Positions 48,699 through 64,000 of a stretch of 64,000 nucleotides of DNA are shown here, piece by piece. The DNA lies in NCBI GenBank assembly GCA_040954595.2, contig CM082576.2:13085129-13149128 (forward strand). The letters run 5' to 3'. Made by a program: the position numbers and the translations under genes. Every line of letters starts with the position of its first letter. Positions within the stretch are counted from its first letter, which is position 1. Under the pieces are notes generated by a model. That model had not been told where the DNA came from, did no database searches, and was given only the letters and a program-made list of their open reading frames with translations. Source of the DNA: Balanoglossus misakiensis. Lineage: Eukaryota > Animalia > Hemichordata.

Positions 48699-51600
48699 AT
48701 AGCTTCCTTGTAAAACAATACATTAGCAGCAATAAGAACATTCTAAAAGAAATGTTTTAACAAACCTGATGACAGAATTCTATGTAACAAACAACTATGA
48801 ACATATATATTCAGCATATGCACGTCAAGAGGGGAAAAACCAATTACAAAAGTATCGTACATGGCTCAACAGTTTGATTAAATTAGGAAAATTTCATTTA
48901 AACAAGTCCACTGAATTGTAATTTGAAAGATCTTCAGTGTCACAGTCAGATGTTGCTGACACTGATAACGGATCATACTTCTTGAATCTGGCAAGATTTC
49001 AATTTCTCCCAGACTGCTTTTGAGAGCTCATTTTTTGCATGAATACCACTCAGTTCCCTCGTAAATCCGCACCATGGCAACAGAGTAGACCGACTTTCCT
49101 GGCGTGGCATTAGCCAGACAGCACATGACATCTCACACAAAACTAAACTGGACTTCAGTGAAATCATTCATGAGCTGATTTTTTTCAGGTAACAAGGTTT
49201 CAATTTTCATTTATATGTGTAGTGATAAATGCAGATGTCTTGAATGTGTCAACGCCTGATTTCTCAGCTAAAAAAAGGCATTTCGTCATGGCGACCTTCA
49301 AATTAGCATATATGACGGTCACATGACTGACTGGTATTGAAAGTCATAATCAGTCCAGAATGTTCGTTCCTCTTGCCAAATGCAGTGGAACAACCCCCAT
49401 ACATCAGTCATGAAATAATGTTCGAGCTTCCAAAAAAGAATTCAGAAAGATTAATTTTATTGCTGCTGCTGTTACACCAATAATGATTAAATTTCAAAAT
49501 GATTTTGAAATGAAAATTTCAAATATTTCATTTTGTTTACACAGTCACAGGTAGTCACTGTAATCCTATACTTGATTTGATACCGGTAGTTATCCTTTCT
49601 CCCTATTCCCACATATAGAGGTCCAACTTTTCAATAGAAAGCAATGGGCTTTGACCAAACCATGGTGGTGAAAGGGTTAAAAACACATAATCCACTATCT
49701 GTTGCTTGTGCAACATTCTCTGAATGAAAGTGTGAAATCTTTCAAAGACTTTCAAAGGGATCAAAAGAATCAAATTTGCCTTCCTGTTCTTTTTCCCTCA
49801 ACATGGTCAGATATGGCAAGCACTGAAACCACCCAACTTCAGCACAACTCAATTGCATGAAAACAGAATCATTTCATGGCTAAACTACAGCTGTCAATAA
49901 AAGCTGACCTGCCAGTGTCAAAGATGGTATGATTACAACATTGAATTTTTTTGTTTTATAAATACGTTGAAAATGACACGTAAAAAACTGCCATGTTCAA
50001 GGTTAAAAACAGAAACGGGTAGGTTTTCTATTCACACAATAGTCAAAATGTGTACAGTAGAGATTCTTATCTCTGAATATACCGGTAAAGGTAAATGTCT
50101 ATATGTACATTCTGTACAATACGAAGAGTTGCAGCAATTTTGGTTTGTCGAAAGAAAAAAAATAAGCAAAAGATAAAATTTTCAAAATGTCTCGCACAGA
50201 TAATGTTCATTTACAAATATTCAGGTGTATCTTGTAAATATTTCAGTATATTACAATGGTGAATTCTGACTTGCAGCTGTTGTCACTTCTCAGCATGGTC
50301 TGCGCACAGTTGTCATGGTTTCCAGTCCGTTCTACAAATCTGAGATTCCTGATGTCACACATGTCTGAAAATGCCATAGTTACAAATTGGAGTGAACAAA
50401 ACTGAAATTGACAGAGAAAGATTTCTCAAGCAACTCCTGTTATTTTCATTTCATGTCATTCAGGCTTTACCTGTTTTGCTTTCACAGAATTCACCATAAA
50501 TACAGAAACTGAGGGTCAAAATCCTTTGCAGATCAAGCATATCAGTAAAAATGCCACAAATAGCTCTCCTAAATGGACAAAACATGTCTGAAAACACAGA
50601 TAAGTTGATGGTCAAATCAAGTCAGTTAAATTTGAGTTAGCAGAATAAATATTGATGAAGAAAACCACATGAAATGGACGTAAAATGTTCATGTCTGTTC
50701 AAAGAATTTAACGATGAAAGATCAAAACGTCTGTAAAAGTGCCAAAGTGTAAACAGAACACTTAAAAAGACCAGTCTACCAGCACTTTGAGTGGGTTTGG
50801 CCTTTAACGAGCATAGATAATAACATCAAGGTCAAACAAGGGTCAAGCAATATGTCTGGAAAGATTTTCAAATTGCAAAATCAATTATCCCCTCCACTTG
50901 AGTAATTACAATGTGTAGTGAAATTAAAAACACGATCAGAGGAATTCTTAAGTGTCTGCATTGTGAAACTGTTTACAGGAGACGTTGAAAATGCTAAAAA
51001 TAGTATCAGCTATTAATCAACATTTGTTGTAGTATGGCTATACGCAATCTACTGAATAATGAATAATCCTGTTGTTGTAAAGGTGTAACACAACAAAGAT
51101 GATTTTATTATATATCAGACACAAATAGAATTCATGTTGAACTATTTCAAGGATAAACAGAACGCCAAGTTCATGAGGGCAGTTCAGAACTGGGTTGGTA
51201 TCGGGTTTTATACAGCAGCCGTTTCATAGCTGCGTTTAAATGCCATAGTTCATCTCAAACTCGGCAGACTGAACCCACTGAAGTGGAACAGATTTTAATA
51301 CTTGATGAACCAAGAGTGAATTTTCCTCGTGTACAGATCAGGTCTCTGTAATAAAATATTTGTGCTAGTACAATTCACACTTCGATGACATGAATAGTAC
51401 ACACAAAAGAGAGAAAGTGGCCTTGTAATATAAACATACCAGTGGCAGATCTGACCTCATCATGAACTTGCACCACCAAGTTCACCATTCTGGTGTTGCA
51501 CTCATAAAATCCCCCCCGACATTTTGAGCAAATCAAAATTTCTCTAAGTTTGACAATTGTTTGTATCCAACGCAACAATCAAAGTGCCCTCTCTAGTAAG

Positions 51601-52753
51601 CATGGTTTTAAGCTATGAATCAATTTGAGAATTTCTAGAAATTTCTGTGTGTCCGCCATATATCTTTTACACATCATATGGATAATTCTTTTGCGCTCCC
51701 CCCGTACTATGAGTTTGTGGAGTCAGTGGTTCTTTGTGAAGTCAGTGGCAAGTCATATTAGCTTCAAGGGCACACTGGTGACAATTAATCACATAATAAT
51801 CATATTATGTGCCTATATAAATAAAAATACACAACTGAGCCTACTGCTATAGCACTGACTCAATTACACATTTGTTTGTCATTTTTTGACAAAAATTCTC
51901 TGGGAATTTGCAAGGATAAAGTGAATGCCATCAATGTTTTAAAAAGTAACATTACATGTAAATGTTAGTTTAAGTCTTGACATGTTGCCACCCTTTTGTA
52001 TTTGTCAGATATATTACTCTGTGTATACTAGTGTTGTTGTTTTTATTATGCTATAAATAAAATGTTACATTACAATTACTTTAAATAACTGAACAAACAA
52101 CTTGCAAAACATTTGCTCTCCACAGCAGTGCACTGAATTTTCAATGAAATGTTAAATTTAAGCACTATGGAAAAAGTCATCGCACAATTTAAGGCAACAT
52201 GATACCCCATATTGATCAGTACCCGGTATTTCCTTTCATCCTATCAAATCAAGCAGTTGTTGAACATAAGAAATCCATTAAAAAGGGCAGCCAATGGGGC
52301 TTGTACTAGTTGTAAGCTTTTTTCTGGCAATTTATGACAACTACAAGGTGAGTAAGAGTGTCAGCCTTTGAGCTATTCCCAAAAGTTTTATTTGCTTATT
52401 TGGTCTGCCAGGAGATTTGGTATACATTGTATCTCAGGTTTTCTATCCAGCTATAAAATTGGGATGACTTGTGCCATCAAAGCTATATGATAATACGGGG
52501 GTTGGACTCGTAAGGATTCTCTATGACACAAGCTAAGGTTTTGTTTCATGAGAAGTCTGACTCTCACATTCTCACAAAATTTTCCACAATCCTCAAACTG
52601 ACTCAACCACGAAAATCTTAGCTGATATTGGAGAGTTGTTGACCCTCCTTCAATAATGCTTTGCGGTAAAATAGGTCTCTTATTTCAGGTTTGTGCATTC
52701 TTTGTGCATGTGGAATAGTCTGCCGTGCAAATAGTGTACGGAATATTATAGTA

Positions 52754-53190
52754 ATCAGGGCCTGAAAATGATAGGGACTGTTGTCCGACTGGAGCCATTT
52801 TTGTCAAGGACCAGTAAAATCTACGGCACAGTTTCTAACGTAACAATTTTATATATTTCTCACAAGTTTGCTCAATAAACATAATTGTGACAATGCCTTT
52901 TTAATGTCCATGTCAAAATCAGTAAACAGTCACTAAAATGTAGTTTTGTGAAATTTATTTCTTGCGATGAAGGAAAGTGTCAATGGAAATAGAGGAAAAT
53001 AAATATTTTTGGTGAATGATAAAATGAATCAATGATAAAATGACCCAATGTTGCATTACTACCACAAACCCAGGATTTACCGTGAGTTTTTAATCAACCA
53101 GCCAGAGTTTTATCTAGTGACCGCTCGGTAAAAACTGGGTTACTGGTCCGGGACCTGCGGAAAAAGAAAATAAAATTTTCAGGCCCTGAT
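52754..53190. mobile_element. Non-autonomous DNA transposon (MITE) with hAT-like CAGGG termini
   Basis: Perfect 16-bp inverted repeat ATCAGGGCCTGAAAAT / ATTTTCAGGCCCTGAT, plus subterminal GGACCAGTA / TACTGGTCC. No clear 8-bp target-site duplication. Confidence 0.7.
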
Positions 53191-54227
53191 AAATCAAGAC
53201 ACAAGAAGAAGATTGGCCATTGGTAATATTCCCATCACCTCACCAGGAAAATTCCAATCTGAAAAGCAGAATGGTGAATGCATTGTGCCAAGCCTAAATT
53301 ATTTCACATGGCGTGGCCACACAATAATTACTGGTGAATTCATACCCTGTTATCAGTTCGCCTCTAGACTTCCACATTTAGTACATCATACTGTGGAATG
53401 TTATCAGTACTATTATCCGGAATTGGATAGAACTACATGAACTGTAGTATTACACACTCCATAGAAGTATGATTATTTGTATCAAACAATTGTAAATTGT
53501 CTCTGATGTTGAATTTCGACTCATAATTTTACTTTATGTGAATCATGATCAAAATTATCAATTTTAGTTTTTTTTTTTTCATTTTCCTGTCAAACAAAGC
53601 ACACTAACAGTAATAAAGAACTTGGAGTAAAAAATGTACAGCTACAAAAATGTATCTGAATAAATACATCAAAAATATAGGCAAAACAGCACTTTAAAAA
53701 TGAACAAATAAATTATTACTATATCTTTTTAAATATCTCTCTAACACACAATAAATACAGCAAAAACTTGAAAACATCCATGTCTACAACAAATAAGTTT
53801 TTCGTAATTGCCATCGTCTTTTCTTGCAAAAAAGGCAAAAACAAAACGAAAGTAGCTAAATTTCCACTGTCACATATCTTGTACGTCGCCTGAAAGACTT
53901 TCATAAGTTTTTCTAATCCGACCTTTTTTGTAAATCCATGTTCTCATGAGCTCAGTCTCTTGAACAAGAAAAAAAATCAATTGCCACTTTGTGACCTAAC
54001 ATCCTAAGTCCATCTGTTTCACATAACACTCAACAGGTTTTTTCATTCAATTTGACTCATAATCTGCTTTGCAACTATAACGCTTTCTTTGATGCCAGTG
54101 TATTTTGTATATTTCTCAATTACCCCTGCAGGAGACGATAACATGTTGAAAGGCCAGACAAGGGCAGTAAAAGCTGCAGCCCCCCCCCCCCAAACAAAAC
54201 GCCCTTATCTGTTTCAGGTTCCTTGCT

Positions 54228-56289
54228 CTACATAATATTCATCATTTGTACCTTCCACGTGTTCGGTCCGTCGTTGGACTTTTTGGTGAACACATCCGCC
54301 AGCACCCCCTCCAACTGTAGCACAGACGCTATGCTGTAGCACGGCTCCGGGTCGCTGCCAGACGGCTCGGCACCGTGCGGGTTGATCCACACGTTCACAA
54401 ACAGCCCCGCGTTCAGACCCCCCTCGATGTCGGTCTTCAGGCTGTCGCCGATCATGACGCACTCGCTGGGCGACACCGAGAACTGCCGGAGCGCCACGTC
54501 GTAGAGCGACGGGTGCGGCTTGGCGTGCGGGTAGTCCCCGCTGATGATAATACTGTCAAAGTACTCCCTGGCGCCGCACACGGACACTTTCTCGCTCTGC
54601 ACGGTGGAATCGCCGTTGGTCATCAGAGCCAGCTTGTACTTCTGTCGGAGCCTCGTCAGCAAGTCCTTGATCTCCTGCGTGAAGTAAATCCCCTTGAGCC
54701 TGGTCTCCTTCCACTTTTTGTACACTTCCTTTTCGAGACCGTTGGACACTGGGGTCCCATTGCCCATGGCCCTCCCCCACAACCGGGCCCTCCACTCGTC
54801 CACTGAGGCCTTCTTCTCTGGATCGATCTCGGCTGCCGATACGGACTTTTTGAACGAGCACACTACGCTGTCCACATTTAAATTGGGATTTTCCTCCTTC
54901 AGAAATTTCTTCACCTGAAAATGGGGAACACAGAGATATTACTACATGTATTGTTGTAGTATCAAAACTTCAATTCCAAAGTGTAAGTGTTGTACACTTT
55001 AACTTACTACACATAATTTTATCCCTAAAAATGAATCAATGAATATAAGGAATAATCAATATTATTGATCATTTCAAAAACCTGCATTCCCATGTTCCAG
55101 ATTTTCATGCGCAAAGATGTAACACCACACAGGTAATATATCATTATCAATGATAATTATGTGACATTTTTAAATATAAAATAAAAAAGTTGTTTAATCT
55201 CTCCAAAGTTTACATGTAATGCACAGCACATATAAAACCAATGGAGAACATTTGGTTGATGCTTTGTTTGACTAGAAACATTGCTGACTGATGACCCCCC
55301 CCCCCCCACGTCACTAGTGATGCAGCCACTGCCACATGCAGTAATGACTGACGTGCATTATGAACCACAACGGTCATCATAACTGTCATACCAGTTTTGT
55401 TCTGAGTAAACATCCTGTTTATTGTTTACAATATATAACAGCTGTAGTTTTTAATACTGTCCATACCTGTCACTCAACACATGCCTGATTTTACCGGTAA
55501 TCCTGGTGATTCATACACTCCTGGAAACTTACATATTTCCCACAAAATACTAAAAAACATACAATTGTGATTTCTTTTCAATATAAGTGAACATAATGAA
55601 ATCAGAAAATACATTTATTACCCTGGCAACCCAGTAATTTCACCTCGACTCACTTTTTCTCCTAACTTTATTTGTAGTCATGCCCCTGTCACATGGGATT
55701 TATACATGTAATTATGGGGATGGGGAGTGGCATGGTATGTCTTTCAAGTTGAAGTTCAGAGAAACCTTATCTCTTTGGACCGGTGAAATGCCGGGCTACT
55801 GACCACAGACATAGAGACAAAGAGAAAACACTTCCTCTGTTCATATACATGTACAGTTAGGAACAGTACACTACACGATTGGTCATTGGAAACGAACATG
55901 AAACGTACATGTACGGCGAACTGGAACTTCCATGACTGTAACTGTAAGTTCGTGTGCTCTATTACCAGCAGTACATGATGGCAGAAAAAGAAGTGAACTA
56001 GCACGATCCATTGGATCGTCTCCGGACTCATTCGCCGACAACGTGTCTGATGCGAGATGCTGTTACGCAGTACCGGTACATTGTACATAGCCCACGCAGT
56101 GTACAGCGAGTTCTCGAATGATCGACCGCCAACAAAATTTGGTGACGGCGCGCAGAAAATAAAATAAAACAGCCTTACCTCTTCGAACGCTAACCTGTCT
56201 GCATATTTTGTGTCCACTAGGGTATTGTCAAGGTCGAAAATCAATAATTTGATAGCTCCTTTTCCAGTCTTATGATTTAAAGCTGCCAT
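54228..56289 (-). CDS. NANP: N-acylneuraminate-9-phosphatase (HAD superfamily, HDHD4), about 265 aa
   Basis: Two exons, 56289-56179 and 54914-54228. HAD motifs FDLDNTLVDT, LMTNGD, AKPHP and CVMIGDSLKTDIEGGLNAG. Two-exon layout as recalled for vertebrate NANP. Confidence 0.93.
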
Positions 56290-56701
56290 TTTTCCGTGTT
56301 TGCTTTCGTATGCGATCGGCGGTAATGAAGTCACGACTGGGTCACATCCTTAATTCTTGGAATTAACCACACTCATCATAGGGTAGGGTAACATTATAAA
56401 ACTCCCTACTACGCGTGGCAATCTTTGAAGAAAGGTGATAATTTTACGGATGCATTTCATTTTGAAATGTTATTTTTATGAAAGAGTGTCCTTAAATATA
56501 TATGACACACCTATTACTCTCCTTTCAATTCACTTCGACTGCTGGTATGTCCCTCCACGAAATCTTTCAAATGTAATAGTTTAGCCCAGGGGTGACGTCA
56601 CAGTTGCCGCGCCATATTCAAAGCAAACAGTGTGAGTGAGTTCCCTCGCGGCCTCAAAATTTAGTATCCCACCCCAAACTGTACGCAGTTTAACGTAAAA
56701 G
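56290..56701. promoter_or_regulatory. Bidirectional promoter for NANP and RAD51, plus RAD51 non-coding first exon
   Basis: Head-to-head genes. Perfect CRE TGACGTCA at 56593-56600, E2F-like TTGCCGCGCC near 56604, CHR-like TTTGAA at 56424 and TTCAAA at 56617. Donor AAG|gtgagt at 56702 and acceptor tttcag at 57350. Confidence 0.6.
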
Positions 56702-57068
56702 GTGAGTGTAGATAAGCTACGAATCTCCACACATACAGGATACATAATCTGTCTTTTTGAGAGTGCTAGAAGTCTAGCTGTTGCAAATCAAATTGCGCGC
56801 AGACCGTGTTTCGACGTAAGTGTCAGTGTTCGTCATCAGTTGTTGTGAATGTTGCGTTTCATCATCATGATCATGGTCACCCGATCGTGTTTTCAACTTT
56901 GATTTGGGTGGGAAGTGACGAAAATTCCAGAAGACGCTGGTATTCTCATGGCATGAGTATAAATAGTACATTCGGATCAGAATACGACTGATGGATGCGC
57001 AGAGATTTACAAAAAAACAAACAAACTAAAGGGTCACCTAAATTTCCTGTGACCCCTCAACCTGGCTC

Positions 57069-57141
57069 TGGATACACAGCTGTTTAGGGGGGGGGTAGTC
57101 TCTGGCTCTGCTCACCCCCCCCCCCAACAGCTGTGTGTCCA
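57069..57141. repeat. Short strong hairpin in RAD51 intron 1
   Basis: TGGATACACAGCTGTTTA-G9 … C11-AACAGCTGTGTGTCCA. Confidence 0.75.
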
Positions 57142-57365
57142 CAGCTTAGATGTCATGATAATTAGACAGGAGTTGACAGACTTTTGGGGTAGTGTGGATG
57201 GATGAAATAGAAAAACAGTGAATTAATAGAGAAGCCCCTTCTGTTGATTTGTTTTGCTTGGTGATATGGTGATGAGTCTAATGAGAGACAATGATGATGT
57301 ATTATTATTATTTAATTACATGTACATGTAATATTTTGGGTTAATTTCAGTGATAATTAAAAATA

Positions 57366-60789
<3,424 letters not shown>

Positions 60790-62521
60790 AAAACCTCCCA
60801 AATTTACATCAGATTTTATCATGGAAACAAACTCTGGTTGCATCCAACTAGGAGACGAATGCACTGATGGAGGAATCAATGTGTGTACATATTGTAAATA
60901 ATGGATTTATACGTGGAGAGATTTGTAGCGACGATTTGATATCAGTGACTGATGCATTTGTGCCTTCAAGATCAAATTTGCACATTTCATGTTGATTATA
61001 CACTTTCATCTTCTTTATTTTCCCATCAGTCTGTCCCTTTTTTGTCAAAATGCCAAGTAATGTGTCCCGGACGAAAGGCACAATAGACTGACCTCTGAGG
61101 GTTAGGTTGTCCCAATTTACAGTTTTGAAAAAAAAAGGGCATGCGATGCCCAGCCAGCCAGTGTCAGGATAACACTAGACAGTCATTATCAAAATAAGAT
61201 GACTCTGATAACAGTTCGGATGACACGTCATACTCGCATGCTTGTGTGTTTGCCATGCCTCAACTCAGTCCAACTCATGATCAGGTCATCAGTGTTCCCC
61301 TACGAACGACTGATCACTGCCATCAGTCTGGAAAGAGTCTTCACATAGACAAAGGTCGGAAACTTTGAAAGAGTTAGACCCATTCCACAGACGTCTAGGT
61401 CAAAGAACTTTTTAAAACCCAGGACTATGTTAGATATGTGGACCGTATCTCATTGACAAACTTTAATTTTTTTGAGATTTTCTTTCTATCATCTGTTAAC
61501 ATTGGTGCAATGTGAAGCAACCAGGGAGGACTATTCTCATAGGTTACAGCATTCATGCATCTGTTGTACATCTGTCTGGGAAGTGAACTGACCAATGAAA
61601 AACAAAAGGTTGCTGCACACGGCCTGGTTTTCGTTCTCCGTAATTTTTGAATGACATAGTACTGGATTATTTTCTGTATTTTATCAACTATATTACCTGT
61701 GTATCTTGTGAATCAATTTACATCAGCTCAGAATAAAGTAAAAAAGGAAACAGCCATAATGTGTGTTTGCATTTTTTGTACTGCAATGTGCATCATTTAG
61801 ATGGTAGTAAAAGACAGAGTTAGTGACATAAAGGCTTGATATAAATAACTTTTGTTTTATGTAAGCCGTATTACGTAATGAACAATGGAAATGGGATGAG
61901 GGAACTGGAAAAATAACCAAGGAAAATTAACATTGTATATGACTATATGATGCAAATCAAGACATACATTTACCACAAAATTTGGCATTGTAATAAAAAA
62001 CATGGTTCTCCCCAGAAGTGAAGATGTGTAGAAATCCACAATGAAAGAAGAATTTTTCTAGGCTGAGTGTATTCTTGAACGTTATTTCAGCAGGGCAGCG
62101 AGAGAGGAAGTAATGTCATTTTCAACATGGAAGTGCCTCCAGAGAGTGAGAGTAACTGACCAAAACACCTGCCCGGTTGGAAATGGCTGGCATTTCGGAA
62201 ATTGAAATTTCCACAATGGAAGACCTAAGCCTGAGGAAGTAAAAACAAAATTGCTACGCGCAGCATGTCGCTGAAGAGTGAATTACAACCAGGAAACTGT
62301 GCCAGAGAATGAGCTGACATCGATAACTGATGCGATGACCCACATATGTACATGTACAACGATATGTGTCAACAATGATTGGCATGTCACTGGTCACTGG
62401 CATATAAGCCAGCATAGTAGTGTTGAAGTTGCATATGTGCTGGTTTGACCTCTATTTTGGGTGAAACTGCTTTTGTAGAAATTTAATCGTTACTCATGTA
62501 CTGAAGCTTACACTGGTGGCA

Positions 62522-62527
62522 AATAAA
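62522..62527 (+). terminator. Candidate RAD51 poly(A) signal
   Basis: AATAAA followed by a GT-rich tract (gtcagttgtttgtc). Another AATAAA at 61731. Confidence 0.4.
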
Positions 62528-63744
62528 AGTTGATCATAAAACCTCTCCTGGTCAGTTGTTTGTCATGTGACTTGAAACATTGTAGCATTGCTATTATGTT
62601 AATATCTGATATGCTGCAAAATTTGGAGAGAAAAAAGTTTGTTTTTTTCCTACCTAAGTTCAACTTTCAAGGACAAACTGATATAAAACTGTAATTCATA
62701 ATCATATATTTTGTCTAGAATTTAAAACACTAGTAGTTTGCTGTTCTGCAGCAACCTGAATTTTCTTCCCCATCAAATGCCACTTATCTGCTTATTGTTT
62801 TCAAACCTTTAGGGCAATTTAAAACAAATGGTTAGATTTGCTTTTTGTCAGAGTTATTAAAAACATTGACTGATTTCCTTTTCCTGGATGAGGACATATT
62901 TTCAGAAGTATATAATACATCGATGACCCGGCCACATACGTTTATGCACGGAAGATGGGAGGAGGGGGTTTCCAAGGTCATGGTCAAACCGGAGGAGACA
63001 CCTGGAGGTCCGAGTGGATTGCAGTTTCAGATTATCATACACGTGAAAGTCGTGGTAAAGTAAAGTTATGGGCTGTAGGGATAGCTAGAACGGGGACTTT
63101 TGTTCCACCTTTTGCGGGAAAATCCGTTTACGCATGCATTGCCCAGCACACGAACGTCATCGACACACGCAAAACACAGCGACAGTTCGTTTACCTTTAG
63201 TTGGGTACGTGACCTGGTGACCTCGTTGAACGGAGTCTTCGAGAGGTCAGCCTGAGATTATCAAAGAACAAAATGGCTGCGTACATGCATACAGTCGGCT
63301 GCTTTGGTTAGAGAATGTTTCAAGGAATATGCTGGTTTTAATGACACAATAATGGAACATCTTTACGCTTTGGTAAGTCGGGATTACATATTTCCTCTGC
63401 ACGCTTACATTCAGAGATTTCAAGTAGAAACGAAATCTGAATGCTTCAGGAATCGCTAGCGCTACTGTCACTGTGCACTCAGCGCAGTACCAGTAGTTTG
63501 GTAAATGGCTTATTTCTTTCGCTGTCCTCCAGTTTGTCCTAGATATCACGTTCTAGGAATGTGGAATTCAATTCCCCTAATATTCTGACGTGCCGTCTGC
63601 TGGGTTGGCAAGCGCGGTAGCCTGCCGTGTACGCCATTCGTTTATACGGTCTTTTATTTTGCTCCCGAGTCCAAACGATCGGATCATCACGCAAGCTGGC
63701 CCGTCTCCACGGTCAGATTCCGCGGGCCCGCAGGTATGTAGGAG

Positions 63745-63888
63745 TACTTCGAAGTGCATACTCCGAGTTCAAAGACCGAGTCGGACTTCAAAGTCCGAGT
63801 ACTCGGACTTGTACACTCCGAGTAGTGGCTGTACTCGGACTTGTATACACCGAGTTGCACTCGGTGCTCGGACTTGCGTACTCCGAGT
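63745..63888. repeat. Array of 24-bp self-complementary repeats with a 20-bp perfect palindrome
   Basis: T(A/G)CTCGGACTTGYRYAC(T/A)CCGAGT at 63800, 63832 and 63865, degenerate copy at 63745. AAGTCCGAGTACTCGGACTT at 63791-63810. Confidence 0.85.
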
Positions 63889-64000
63889 TACACACTGCCT
63901 ATGAAAGACAACGGACGTCAAAAATCCTGTTTTCGTTACTCAAGAAGTCATTTATTGCTTACTACCACGATCGGTGTCCATGATGTCTTGTTGCGCCAGT

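Noticed and set aside
54375-54918. Plus-strand ORFs over a GC-rich block (possible foreign gene)
   Set aside because: Antisense to NANP exon 2; the GC richness reflects its codon usage.
55756-56334. 192-aa ORF as a complete protein
   Set aside because: Only 56289-56179 is NANP exon 1; the rest is intron read-through.
63745-63888. CRISPR-like appearance of palindromic repeats with unique spacers
   Set aside because: Spacers are only 8-9 nt, there are 3-4 units, there are no cas genes, and the context is eukaryotic.

Overview
AT-rich, intron-rich animal genomic DNA. Vertebrate-like protein sequences suggest a marine invertebrate deuterostome, but this is inference. Manual GT/GC-AG splicing with phase checks resolves seven protein-coding genes. 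(1) The 3' part of an RRBP1/kinectin (p180) gene on +, 1217-16179, with an unusual 1.7-kb symmetric exon containing a 44-aa repeat. (2) A secreted M14A metallocarboxypeptidase on +, 20219-24325. (3) A highly derived myomegalin/CDK5RAP2(centrosomin)-family gene on -, 34306-25391, with a degenerate CM1, an apparently deleted CM2 and three nested scales of recent tandem duplication. (4) MRPL48 on -, 38368-36627, missed by the ORF track and head-to-head with (5) DPP3 on +, 38830-46557. (6) NANP/HDHD4 on -, 56289-54228, head-to-head with (7) RAD51 on +, 57366-60789. The window also holds MITE-like inverted repeats, microsatellites and a palindromic repeat array near the end. There is no CRISPR, rRNA or tRNA evidence. 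Family assignments come from recalled motifs, not database searches.
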